A stretch of DNA of 64,000 bases, taken from positions 135,870 to 199,869 of the forward strand of contig CAWFHF010000006.1 in the NCBI GenBank assembly GCA_963815615.1. Reading direction: 5' to 3'. The stretch comes from an uncultured Actinomycetota bacterium (GTDB lineage Bacteria > Actinomycetota > Actinomycetes > Mycobacteriales > SCTD01). Below, piece by piece: positions 57,074-64,000 of this stretch (position 1 is its first letter; the number at the start of each line of letters is the position of its first letter). The position numbers were made by a program, and so were the translations under genes. The notes under the pieces were generated by a model that had not been told where the DNA came from, searched no databases, and saw only the letters and a program-made list of their open reading frames with translations.

Positions 57074-57460
57074 GTGAACACGCCTGTGAGACGTGCCGCC
57101 CTGCTGGTCGCGCTGGAGGGCGTCCTGCTCGTCGGGCTGGGCGTGGTCTACGGCGTCGCCGGGCTGCTGGGCGAGCCGTCCGACCGGCTGGCCACCGAGC
57201 TCGAGGCGGTCATGGTCGTCGTCGTCGGGGCGCTGCTGCTGCTCGTCGCCCGCGGGCTCGACCGCACCCGCGCGTGGTCGCGCTCACCGGCCGTGGTGGT
57301 GCAGCTGTTCGCGCTGCCCGTGGGCTACGGGCTGGCCCAGAACGCGCGCTGGCCGGCGGCCGTCGTCGTGCTCGGCCTGTCGGTGGCGGTGCTGCTGCAG
57401 CTCGCGGCCCCGCAGGCCCGCGACGCGTTCGCCCCGCCCGAGCGGCCTACTCCTCGCTGA
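57074..57460 (+). CDS. Integral membrane protein, unknown function (4 TM)
   Basis: Intact 128-aa ORF with hydrophobic helices. Confidence 0.6.
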   Translation: MNTPVRRAALLVALEGVLLVGLGVVYGVAGLLGEPSDRLATELEAVMVVVVGALLLLVARGLDRTRAWSRSPAVVVQLFALPVGYGLAQNARWPAAVVVLGLSVAVLLQLAAPQARDAFAPPERPTPR

Positions 57461-58457
57461 GCAGGCCGGTCCGCAGCTGGGCCAGCGTGCGGGCCAGCAG
57501 CCGCGACACGTGCATCTGGCTGATGCCGAGCTCGCCGGCGATCTGGCTCTGCGTCATGTTGCCGAAGAAGCGGAGCATGAGGATCTTCTTCTCGCGGGCG
57601 GGGAGCTTCTCCAGCAGCGGCTTGAGCGACTCCCGGTACTCCACGCCCTCGAGCGCGTCGTCCATGACGCCGAGGCTGTCCGCGACTGCGGGGCTGTCGT
57701 CGTCGCCACCGCCGTCGGGGGCGTCGAGCGAGACGGCCGAGTAGGCGTTCGCGGACTCCAGGCCCTCGAGGATCTCCTCCTCGGTGAGCCCGAGGTGCCC
57801 GGCGAGCTCGGCGACCGTGGGGGAGCGGCCGTTCTTCTGCGACAGCTCGCTGGTGGCCTTGGTGAGGCTGAGCTTGAGCTCCTGCAGGCGGCGGGGCACG
57901 CGGATGGCCCAGCCCTTGTCGCGGAAGTGCCGCTTGATCTCGCCGACGATGGTCGGGGTGGCGTAGGTGGAGAACTCCACGCCGCGCTCGAGGTCGAAGC
58001 GGTCGACCGACTTGATCAGGCCGATGGTGGCGACCTGCACGAGGTCGTCGAGCGGCTCGCCGCGGTTGCGGAAGCGGCGGGCCAGGTACTCGACCAGCGG
58101 CAGGTGGGCCTCGACGAGGTCGTCGCGCAGCCGGGTGCGACGCGGGTCGCCCTCCTCGGTGGCGGCGAGCTCGACGAACATCGCCCGGGCGCGGGCGCGG
58201 TCGAGCGCGGTCTTCTCGCTGCGCGTGGTGGTGGCGGGCGCGACGCTGTCGGCCGAGCCGTCGGGCTGCTGCACGACCGTCACCTGCTGCACGGCCTCGA
58301 CCGCCGCGACGACGTCGCTGTCGAGCACGGTGTCGTCGGCACCGTCGAGAGGACTGTCGAGAACGCTGTCGGGAGCCCCGTCGGGAGCGGCCTGGCCGGA
58401 GGGGGCCAGCGCCGGGTCGGCGGTCTGCACGGTGCCGTCGGGGTCCGTCGAGGTCAC
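57447..58457 (-). CDS. sigF: SigB/SigF-subfamily RNA polymerase sigma factor with acidic N-terminal extension
   Basis: GTG at 58457 (GTGA overlap) in ORF 57447..58982. Contains DDLVQVATIGLIKSVDRFDLERGVEFSTYATPTIVGEIKRHFRDKGWAIRVPRRLQEL and MTQSQIAGELGISQMHVSRLL. Confidence 0.85.
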   Translation of the reverse strand: MTSTDPDGTVQTADPALAPSGQAAPDGAPDSVLDSPLDGADDTVLDSDVVAAVEAVQQVTVVQQPDGSADSVAPATTTRSEKTALDRARARAMFVELAATEEGDPRRTRLRDDLVEAHLPLVEYLARRFRNRGEPLDDLVQVATIGLIKSVDRFDLERGVEFSTYATPTIVGEIKRHFRDKGWAIRVPRRLQELKLSLTKATSELSQKNGRSPTVAELAGHLGLTEEEILEGLESANAYSAVSLDAPDGGGDDDSPAVADSLGVMDDALEGVEYRESLKPLLEKLPAREKKILMLRFFGNMTQSQIAGELGISQMHVSRLLARTLAQLRTGLLSEE

Positions 58458-58888
58458 AGGCCGCCCCCGGTCATGTCGTCGCGGTGCTTGCGCAGGTTGA
58501 GGGTGACACGGCTGTCGGCGTCGACCGAGCTGTCGACCTCGCCGGCGAGCGCGGTGAGGACGGTCCAGGCGAAGGTGTCGCGGGAGGGCTGCTCGCCGTC
58601 GAGGGTGAGCACGCTGACCGAGACGGCGATGGCGTCGCCGGTGAGCTCGAAGCTGCACTCGAGGTCCGCGCCGGGGACGGCCTGGGCCAGCAGCATCGCG
58701 CAGGCCTCGTCGACCGCGATGCGCAGGTCCTCGATGTCGTCGATGGTGAAGTCGAGCCGGCTCGCGAGGCTCGCCGTGGCGGTGCGCAGGACCGACAGGT
58801 AGGCGCCCGCCGCAGGCAGGCGCAGGGTCACGACGTCGCGGCCGGCCCCGGACAGGGCCTCCCCGCGTGCGGCCTCGGTCTCGGTCAT
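58454..58888 (-). CDS. Anti-sigma factor (RsbW/UsfX-like)
   Basis: ATG at 58888 preceded by GGAGGAGG, in the frame of ORF 58454..60757. LRLPAAGAYLSVLRTATASLASRLDFTIDDIEDLRIAVDEAC. Translationally coupled to the sigma gene. Confidence 0.8.
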   Translation of the reverse strand: MTETEAARGEALSGAGRDVVTLRLPAAGAYLSVLRTATASLASRLDFTIDDIEDLRIAVDEACAMLLAQAVPGADLECSFELTGDAIAVSVSVLTLDGEQPSRDTFAWTVLTALAGEVDSSVDADSRVTLNLRKHRDDMTGGGL

Positions 58889-59105
58889 GCCCCCTCCTCC
58901 TGCACCCTCCGGTGCGGACGTGCCTCCCGTGCGGGACGCGGCCCCCCGGGACAGGCGGGGACGCCGGGCTCCGCCCGGGCACCCGACGATCCTACGGGCG
59001 CCGCGCCCGTGCCCCGAGGCAGCCGCGGGCGGCGCGGCTGGCAGCCTGGCGGCGCTGCCTGCGGACGCGGCCGCACGAGGTGGCACGGGGTGGCGTGGAG
59101 GTGGC

Positions 59106-59528
59106 GTGGCAGGAGCCGGCGTGGCAGCAGGGGCGGGGGCAGGGGCAGGGGCGACGGCGGGCGCGTGGCGCACGGCGGCGCTGGTCGCCGTCGGCGGCGC
59201 GGCCGGCGGGGCGGCGCGGTACGGCCTGGCGGTCGCCCTGCCGGCCGGGCCCGGTGACCTGCCGCTCTCCACCCTGCTGGCCGACTGGCTGGGGTGCCTG
59301 CTGCTCGGCCTGCTGATCGGCGCCCGGCCGCACTCCCCGGTGCTGCGCCCGCTGCTCGGCACCGGCGCCCTCGGCGGGTTCACCACCTTCTCGGCGCTCG
59401 CCCTGCAGACCGACCGGCTGCTGGCCGACGCCCCGGCGGTCGCCGTCCTGCACCTCGCCCTGACCACGGGCGGCGGGCTGCTGCTGGCCGCCGTCGGGCT
59501 GCGGGCGGGCGGGAGGGCGCGGCGGTGA
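59106..59528 (+). CDS. crcB: Fluoride channel CrcB/FluC, subunit 1
   Basis: Frame of ORF 58887..59528. Contains VAVGGAAGGAARYG and GTGALGGFTTFSA. The start is uncertain (GTG at 59106 or 59121). Confidence 0.75.
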   Translation: MAGAGVAAGAGAGAGATAGAWRTAALVAVGGAAGGAARYGLAVALPAGPGDLPLSTLLADWLGCLLLGLLIGARPHSPVLRPLLGTGALGGFTTFSALALQTDRLLADAPAVAVLHLALTTGGGLLLAAVGLRAGGRARR

Positions 59529-59836
59529 CGGTGCTGCTGGTCGCCCTCGGTGCCGCCGTCGGGGCGGTGCTCCGGCACGCCGTGGCCGTCGCCCTGCCCG
59601 GCCGCCGGGCGACGCTGCTGGTGAACCTCGCCGGCAGCCTGCTGCTCGGGCTGCTGGCCCCGGCGGCCCCCGCCGCCGCGGCGCTGCTCGGCGTCGGGCT
59701 GTGCGGAGGGCTGACGACCTTCAGCACCTACGCGCTCGAGGTGCTGGACGGCGGCGGCTGGCGCTACGCCGCCGGCAGCACCGCGGGGTGCCTGGCGGCC
59801 TGCGCCCTCGGGCTGCTGCTCAGCGGACCTGCGTGA
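59525..59836 (+). CDS. crcB: Fluoride channel CrcB/FluC, subunit 2
   Basis: GTG at 59525 (GTGA overlap) in ORF 59294..59836. Contains LGAAVGAVLRH and GLCGGLTTFSTY. Confidence 0.85.
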   Translation: MTVLLVALGAAVGAVLRHAVAVALPGRRATLLVNLAGSLLLGLLAPAAPAAAALLGVGLCGGLTTFSTYALEVLDGGGWRYAAGSTAGCLAACALGLLLSGPA

Positions 59837-61113
59837 GGCCGGCGGGGCCCTGCACGGACGCTCGTCGCGGCGTACCAGCGCTGGTCGGACGTCGCCCGGT
59901 AGGTGACGGTGCCCGGGCCGGTCAGGGTGCGGCGGGCCGTGAAGGCCTGACCGGCGCCGCGGAGGAACACCCGGGTGAGCGTGCCGGAGGGGGCCGCGAC
60001 CCGCAGCACGACCGTCGCGCCGGGGCGCACGACCGCGGGACCGGTGACCACCGGGACGGCCTGCGTCAGCCCGGGAGCACTCGTGCAGCCGGTGCCGGTG
60101 CGGGCGTACCAGCGGTGGTCGTCGACGGCCCGCCAGGTGGTGGCGAAGCGGCCGTCGTCGCCGGCGATCAGAGTGCGGCGGACGGCGAACCCCTGCTCCC
60201 CCCGACGGCGGAACAGCACCTCGACCGTGCTGCCCGGCGCGGTGCTGCCGCCCAGCACGACGGGGTCCCCGGCGATCGCGCGGCCCGGGCCGGTCAGCGT
60301 CACCGGCGCGCACGACGGCGCCGGCGGCTGCTGCTGCGGCGGGCCGACCTCGACCTGCACGGCGTACGCCCGCTGGGCCAGGGCGCAGGACGGCGTCGTG
60401 TGCAGGCAGGGGGCGTCGTAGCCGGCGCCGACGTCGGCGCCGCCGGTGCCCTGCGGACGGAAGACGGCGTCGACCGTCCCGCGCGAGCGGTCCACCGAGG
60501 CCAGCACCCGGTACAGCGGCCGGCTGCCCCGCGGCGCCCGCGCGTACGGCGCGGCGCAGCCGTCGAGCTGCACCGACAGCAGGCCGTCCTGCGGGACGGT
60601 CACCGTGCGGCCGTCGTCGCCGGCGTCGAGGGTCACGCTGCCGGGAGCGGCGCTCGCGGTCGGGCGGGCGGCCTGCGTGCAGGCGGTGTCGCCGGACTGC
60701 ACGGGACCGTCCGCGACGACGACCGACAGCGACCACGTCTCGTCCGGGCGGGCGCACGGCGTCGGGGCGTAGGAGCAGGGGTGGTCCCCGGCGGCGCGCA
60801 GGGCCTGGGGTTCGGCCTGCGGGGCGAGGGCGCGCAGCCGGGCGGTGAGCGGGGCCTGCAGCCCGGTGCGCAGCGACAGCAGCTGCAGGGTCGCGGTGCC
60901 GGACTCCAGGCCCTCGACGCCGCGCCAGGCCCCGTCGGACAGGGCGTCGAGCCGCACGTCGAGCAGGTCGCCGGGGTGCAGCGTCACGGTCCGCCCGCTG
61001 TCCGCGCCCGTGACGGTCAGCGTGCCCGGCCCGGGGGTGGGCGAGGGGCCGGGCTGGGCGGCGGCCCCCAGCAGCAGGGGCAGCAGGAGCAGGGGGGCGA
61101 GCAGCCGGCGCAC
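59820..61113 (-). pseudogene. Secreted protein with 2+2 internally duplicated domains, unknown function; frame break near 59865
   Basis: GTG at 61113 preceded by GGAGG; signal peptide VRRLLAPLLLLPLLLGAAAQ. Found in ORF 59764..62529. The tail SVQGPAGLTQVR* (stop at 59820) parallels SAPGLTQAV of the preceding repeat after a 1-nt shift. Confidence 0.55.
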
Positions 61114-61206
61114 GGCGACCTCCGGGGGGCGAGGGGGTGTCACCTGACAGGGGCCCCTGGGGGTCTGCTTGGGTTGCCCGGCAGACCCCGAGCCTCCGGA
61201 GGACCC

Positions 61207-62175
61207 GTGCGCGCCATCCAGATCACCACCCTCGACGGCCCCGGGGCGGTCGAGCTCGTCGACGTCCCCGAGCCGGTGGCCGGTCCCGACCAGGTGCTCG
61301 TCGACGTCGAGGTCGCCGGGGTGACCTTCCCGGAGGTCCTGCAGAGCCGCGGGCAGTACCAGATGAAGCCGGCGCTGCCGTTCGTGCCCGGCTCGGAGGT
61401 CGCCGGGGTGGTCCGCAGCGCGCCCGACGGCGCCGCCGTGAAGGCCGGCGACCGGGTCGCGGCCTTCCCGGGCCTCGGCGGCTTCTCCGAGGTCGTCGCC
61501 GTCGCTCCCTGGGGCGTGTTCCCCCTGCCCGACGCCGTCTCCTTCGAGGCCGGCGCGTCCCTGCCGATGAACTACCTGACGATGCACTTCGGGCTCAAGC
61601 GGCGCGGCCGGCTGCAGGAGGGCGAGACCGTGCTGGTCCACGGCGCGGCCGGCGGCATCGGCACGGCGTCGATCCAGCTGGCCAAGGCCTGGGGCGCGCG
61701 GGTGATCAGCGTGGTGTCGACCCCGGAGAAGGCCGAGGTGGCCCGGGCGGCCGGCTCGGACGAGGTCGTGCTCACCGAGGGGTTCAAGGACGCCGTCAAG
61801 GAGCTGACCGGCGGCAAGGGCGTCGACCTCGTCGTCGACCCCGTCGGCGGCGACCGGATGACCGACTCGCTGCGCAGCCTGGGCCGCGAGGGGCGGCTGC
61901 TGGTCATCGGCTTCACCGAGGGCGAGATCCCGACCGTCAAGGTCAACCGGCTGCTGCTGGCCAACGTCTCGGTGGTCGGCGTCGGCTGGGGCGCCTTCTG
62001 GACGGCCGACCCGGCCTACCTGCAGGAGCAGTGGGCCGAGATCGCGCCGCTGCTGGAGTCGGGGCAGCTGCAGCCCCCGGTGAGCAGCGTCCGCCCGCTG
62101 GCCGAGGCCGCCGAGGCGCTCAAGGAGATCGACGAGCGGCGCGCCGCCGGCAAGGTGCTGCTCAGGGTGCGGTAG
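61207..62175 (+). CDS. qor: NADPH:quinone oxidoreductase (zinc-type MDR family)
   Basis: GTG at 61207 in ORF 59701..62175. Contains VAGVTFPEVLQSRGQY, PFVPGSEVAGVV and VHGAAGGIGTASIQLAK. Confidence 0.9.
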   Translation: MRAIQITTLDGPGAVELVDVPEPVAGPDQVLVDVEVAGVTFPEVLQSRGQYQMKPALPFVPGSEVAGVVRSAPDGAAVKAGDRVAAFPGLGGFSEVVAVAPWGVFPLPDAVSFEAGASLPMNYLTMHFGLKRRGRLQEGETVLVHGAAGGIGTASIQLAKAWGARVISVVSTPEKAEVARAAGSDEVVLTEGFKDAVKELTGGKGVDLVVDPVGGDRMTDSLRSLGREGRLLVIGFTEGEIPTVKVNRLLLANVSVVGVGWGAFWTADPAYLQEQWAEIAPLLESGQLQPPVSSVRPLAEAAEALKEIDERRAAGKVLLRVR

Positions 62176-62644
62176 CCGCGCCGCCGAGCCGCTGCAGGGC
62201 GTCGCCGTCGACCCGCATCGTCGTCCAGGCGTCCTGCGGCACCGCGCCGAGCGCGCGGTAGAAGCCGATGGCCGGGGTGTTCCAGTCGAGCACCCACCAC
62301 TCGAAGCGCGGGTAGCCGCGCTCCACGCACACCGCCGCCAGTGCCTGCAGCAGCGCGCGCCCGAGGCCGGCGCCGCGGGCCGAGGGCCGGACGAACAGGT
62401 CCTCCAGCCACAGGCCGGGGCGGCCGGTCCAGGTCGAGAAGGTGACGTACCAGAGGGCGAACCCGACGACCTCGCCCGCCTCGTCCAGGGCGACGTGGCA
62501 GGACGCCGTCCCGTCGGTGAACAGGGCACGCGCCAGGTCGTCCTCGGTGGCCTCGACGGCGTCGGGCTCGCGCTCGTAGGCGGCCAGCTCGTGGACGAGC
62601 TGCAGCAGCACCGGGACGTCGTCGGGGGTGGCGGTGCGGATCAC
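62162..62644 (-). CDS. GNAT family N-acetyltransferase
   Basis: GTG at 62644 (GTGA overlap) in ORF 62162..63217. Contains IRTATPDDVPVL, LEDLFVRPSARGAGLGRALL and FYRALG. Confidence 0.85.
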   Translation of the reverse strand: MIRTATPDDVPVLLQLVHELAAYEREPDAVEATEDDLARALFTDGTASCHVALDEAGEVVGFALWYVTFSTWTGRPGLWLEDLFVRPSARGAGLGRALLQALAAVCVERGYPRFEWWVLDWNTPAIGFYRALGAVPQDAWTTMRVDGDALQRLGGAATAP

Positions 62645-63204
62645 GGGACGTCCCACTCCTTGACGACGCGGTGGTCGCGGTAGGTGCCGAGCACGGAGAC
62701 CCGGGCGGGCTCCATGGTGAACAGCCCGCCCTGCGACGCCGGCAGCCCGAGCCAGACAGCGGCCAGCGCGCGCAGCGTGTGGCCGTGCCCGACGCAGACG
62801 ACGTCGCCCTGCTCCAGCAGCGGGGTGACGCGCTCCACGACCCGGGCGCAGCGGAGGCCGACCTGCTCGTGCGTCTCGCCCCCGGGGGCGCCGTCGGTCC
62901 AGAGCCACCAGCCCGGGCGGTCGGCGCGGATCTCGGCGGTGGTGCGGCCCTCGTCGTCGCCGTTGTCCCACTCGACGAGGTCGGGGTCGACGTCGGGCGT
63001 CAGGCCGGCCAGCTCGGCGGTGCGGCGGGCGCGCTGCAGGGGGCTGACGAGGGCGGCGACGAGCGGGCGCCCGGCCAGCCGGGGCGCCAGCGCGCGGGCC
63101 TGCTGCTCGCCGTGCTCGGACAGCGGGACGTCGGTGAGGCCGGTGTGCCGGTGCGAGGCCGACCAGGCGGTCTCGCCGTGGCGGACGAGCAGGAGGTCTC
63201 CCAT
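62641..63204 (-). CDS. Histidine phosphatase (phosphoglycerate mutase-like) family protein
   Basis: ORF 62641..63213 with LLLVRHGETAWS, SPLQRARRTAE and VGHGHTLRAL. ATG at 63204 is preferred. Confidence 0.85.
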   Translation of the reverse strand: MGDLLLVRHGETAWSASHRHTGLTDVPLSEHGEQQARALAPRLAGRPLVAALVSPLQRARRTAELAGLTPDVDPDLVEWDNGDDEGRTTAEIRADRPGWWLWTDGAPGGETHEQVGLRCARVVERVTPLLEQGDVVCVGHGHTLRALAAVWLGLPASQGGLFTMEPARVSVLGTYRDHRVVKEWDVP

Positions 63205-63220
63205 GCGGGCCACCCAACCA

Positions 63221-63260
63221 GCAGCCGGCCCGGCCCCCGTGAGAGGGCCGGGCCGGCTGC
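63221..63260 (-). terminator. Hairpin with 16-bp perfect stem (GCAGCCGGCCCGGCCC / GGGCCGGGCCGGCTGC) and 8-nt loop, downstream of sodN
   Basis: Read directly, 21 nt after the sodN stop. Confidence 0.55.
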
Positions 63261-63280
63261 CGGTGCGGGTGCCGGTGCTG

Positions 63281-63712
63281 CTAGGCCTGGTCGGCCGACT
63301 GCGGGACCACGTACTCCTTGCCCTTGGTCTCCCAGAAGATCGTGGCGATCTGGTCGATGCCGTCCAGCAGCGCCTGGCCGGTGGCCGGGTCGAGCGAGCC
63401 GCGGGCGCCGGTGCCGCTGGCGGACTTGATCGTCTTGTTGATCAGGTCGTGCAGCTGGGGGTACTTCTCGAAGTGCTCGGGCTTGAAGTAGTCGTGCCAC
63501 AGCACGGCCAGGTGGTGCTTCGCCAGGCCGGCGCGCTCGTGGATGATGATCTCGGCGCGCTCGCGGAAGCGCTCGTCGTCGTTGGCCTGGGCCTTCTTCT
63601 GCATGCCGAGGACCGAGGTCGCCTCGATGCGCGCCTGCGCGGGGTCGTACACGCCGCAGGGCAGGTCGCAGTGGGCGGTGACGACCGTGCGGGGGGTCAG
63701 GAAGCGGAGCAC
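63281..63712 (-). CDS. sodN: Nickel-containing superoxide dismutase precursor
   Basis: Intact 143-aa ORF. A 13-residue propeptide is followed by the Ni-hook HCDLPCGVYDP. Confidence 0.95.
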   Translation of the reverse strand: MLRFLTPRTVVTAHCDLPCGVYDPAQARIEATSVLGMQKKAQANDDERFRERAEIIIHERAGLAKHHLAVLWHDYFKPEHFEKYPQLHDLINKTIKSASGTGARGSLDPATGQALLDGIDQIATIFWETKGKEYVVPQSADQA

Positions 63713-63786
63713 GTGGTGTCCTCTCGTGGGGGTGTCGGTCGGGGTCCTTCTCCGGTCCCCTACCCGGTCGCGCCGACACTAGAGGC

Positions 63787-64000
63787 GTGATCCACGTCCC
63801 GCGCCCGCGGACCCGGCTGGGCACGGTCCTGGTGCAGGGGCCGTCGATGGAGCCCACTCTGCAGAGCGGCGACTGCCTGCTCGTGCGCTACGGCGGGCGG
63901 GTGCGCCCGGGCGCCGTCGTCGTCGCGCGGCCGTGGACGCGGCCCGAGCTGCTGGTGGTCAAGCGGGCGGTCGAGGAGGTCGCGGGCGGCTGGGTGCTGG
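63787..64000 (+). CDS. sodX: NiSOD maturation protease SodX (S26 signal-peptidase family), 3' end off-window
   Basis: GTG at 63787. VQGPSMEPTLQSGDCLLV..VVKRAV read by eye. Divergent from sodN. Confidence 0.85.
   Translation, partial: MIHVPRPRTRLGTVLVQGPSMEPTLQSGDCLLVRYGGRVRPGAVVVARPWTRPELLVVKRAVEEVAGGWVL

Noticed and set aside
58957-58996. Fluoride (crcB-motif) riboswitch upstream of the crcB pair; ..CCGACGAUCCUAC resembles the conserved 3' ..CUGAUGAUnCCUAC
   Set aside because: Both conserved GAUG elements read GACG here. The loop (ACGCCGGG) has no complement in the 3' segment, so the required pseudoknot cannot form. An Infernal scan with RF01734 would settle it.
59764-62529. 921-aa ORF treated as one gene
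   Set aside because: Only the part from 61113 downward has a signal peptide and protein-like sequence. The upstream 470 codons are antisense to the well-supported qor and GNAT genes.

Overview
This is a very high-GC (roughly 74%) actinobacterial chromosome segment. Conserved actinomycete synteny is recognisable: whiB1-pdtaS, sigH-rshA, anti-sigma/sigF, ideR, and NiSOD with its protease.

The left ~25.5 kb is a Wzx/Wzy-type polysaccharide biosynthesis island. It holds an initiating sugar transferase, DUF4012, Wzz/BY-kinase, Wzy, Wzx, seven glycosyltransferase genes including a GT4-GT4 fusion, and two GH26-like paralogues. It also holds a PIG-L deacetylase, an APH-fold kinase, and a CDP-hexose tailoring set (rfbF, SDR, DegT aminotransferase, zinc-finger C-methyltransferase).

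The right ~38 kb is mostly core genome. In order it carries:
- a secreted metalloprotease, a Liv-type ABC transporter with a single ATPase, SRAP, a DksA-like protein and IdeR
- SigH/RshA, GalE, MOSC, the tiny bL37 gene, Hsp20, a crotonase, aminopeptidase P and pirin
- an orphan PilT, a GNAT-zinc-ribbon protein, YihY, a DUF3311+SSS (MctC-like) symporter, TauE and Tag
- bioF-X-bioD-bioB, where X is a His/Glu/Ala-rich repeat lipoprotein
- PdtaS, WhiB1, a DAG-kinase-like protein, anti-sigma/SigF, a CrcB pair, Qor, a GNAT, a histidine phosphatase, and SodN/SodX

I recognised no rRNA, tRNA, CRISPR array, transposase or integrase.

About 20 genes show reading-frame breaks. These are extremely dense in 1-10.3 kb and absent from 10.7-23.4 kb. 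I think many are consensus indel errors, but I cannot prove that from the sequence alone.

Most of the very long ORFs in the six-frame track are Arg/Pro/Ala/Gly-rich high-GC artefacts, antisense or out of frame to the real genes. All product calls rest on motif recognition by eye, with no database search run.
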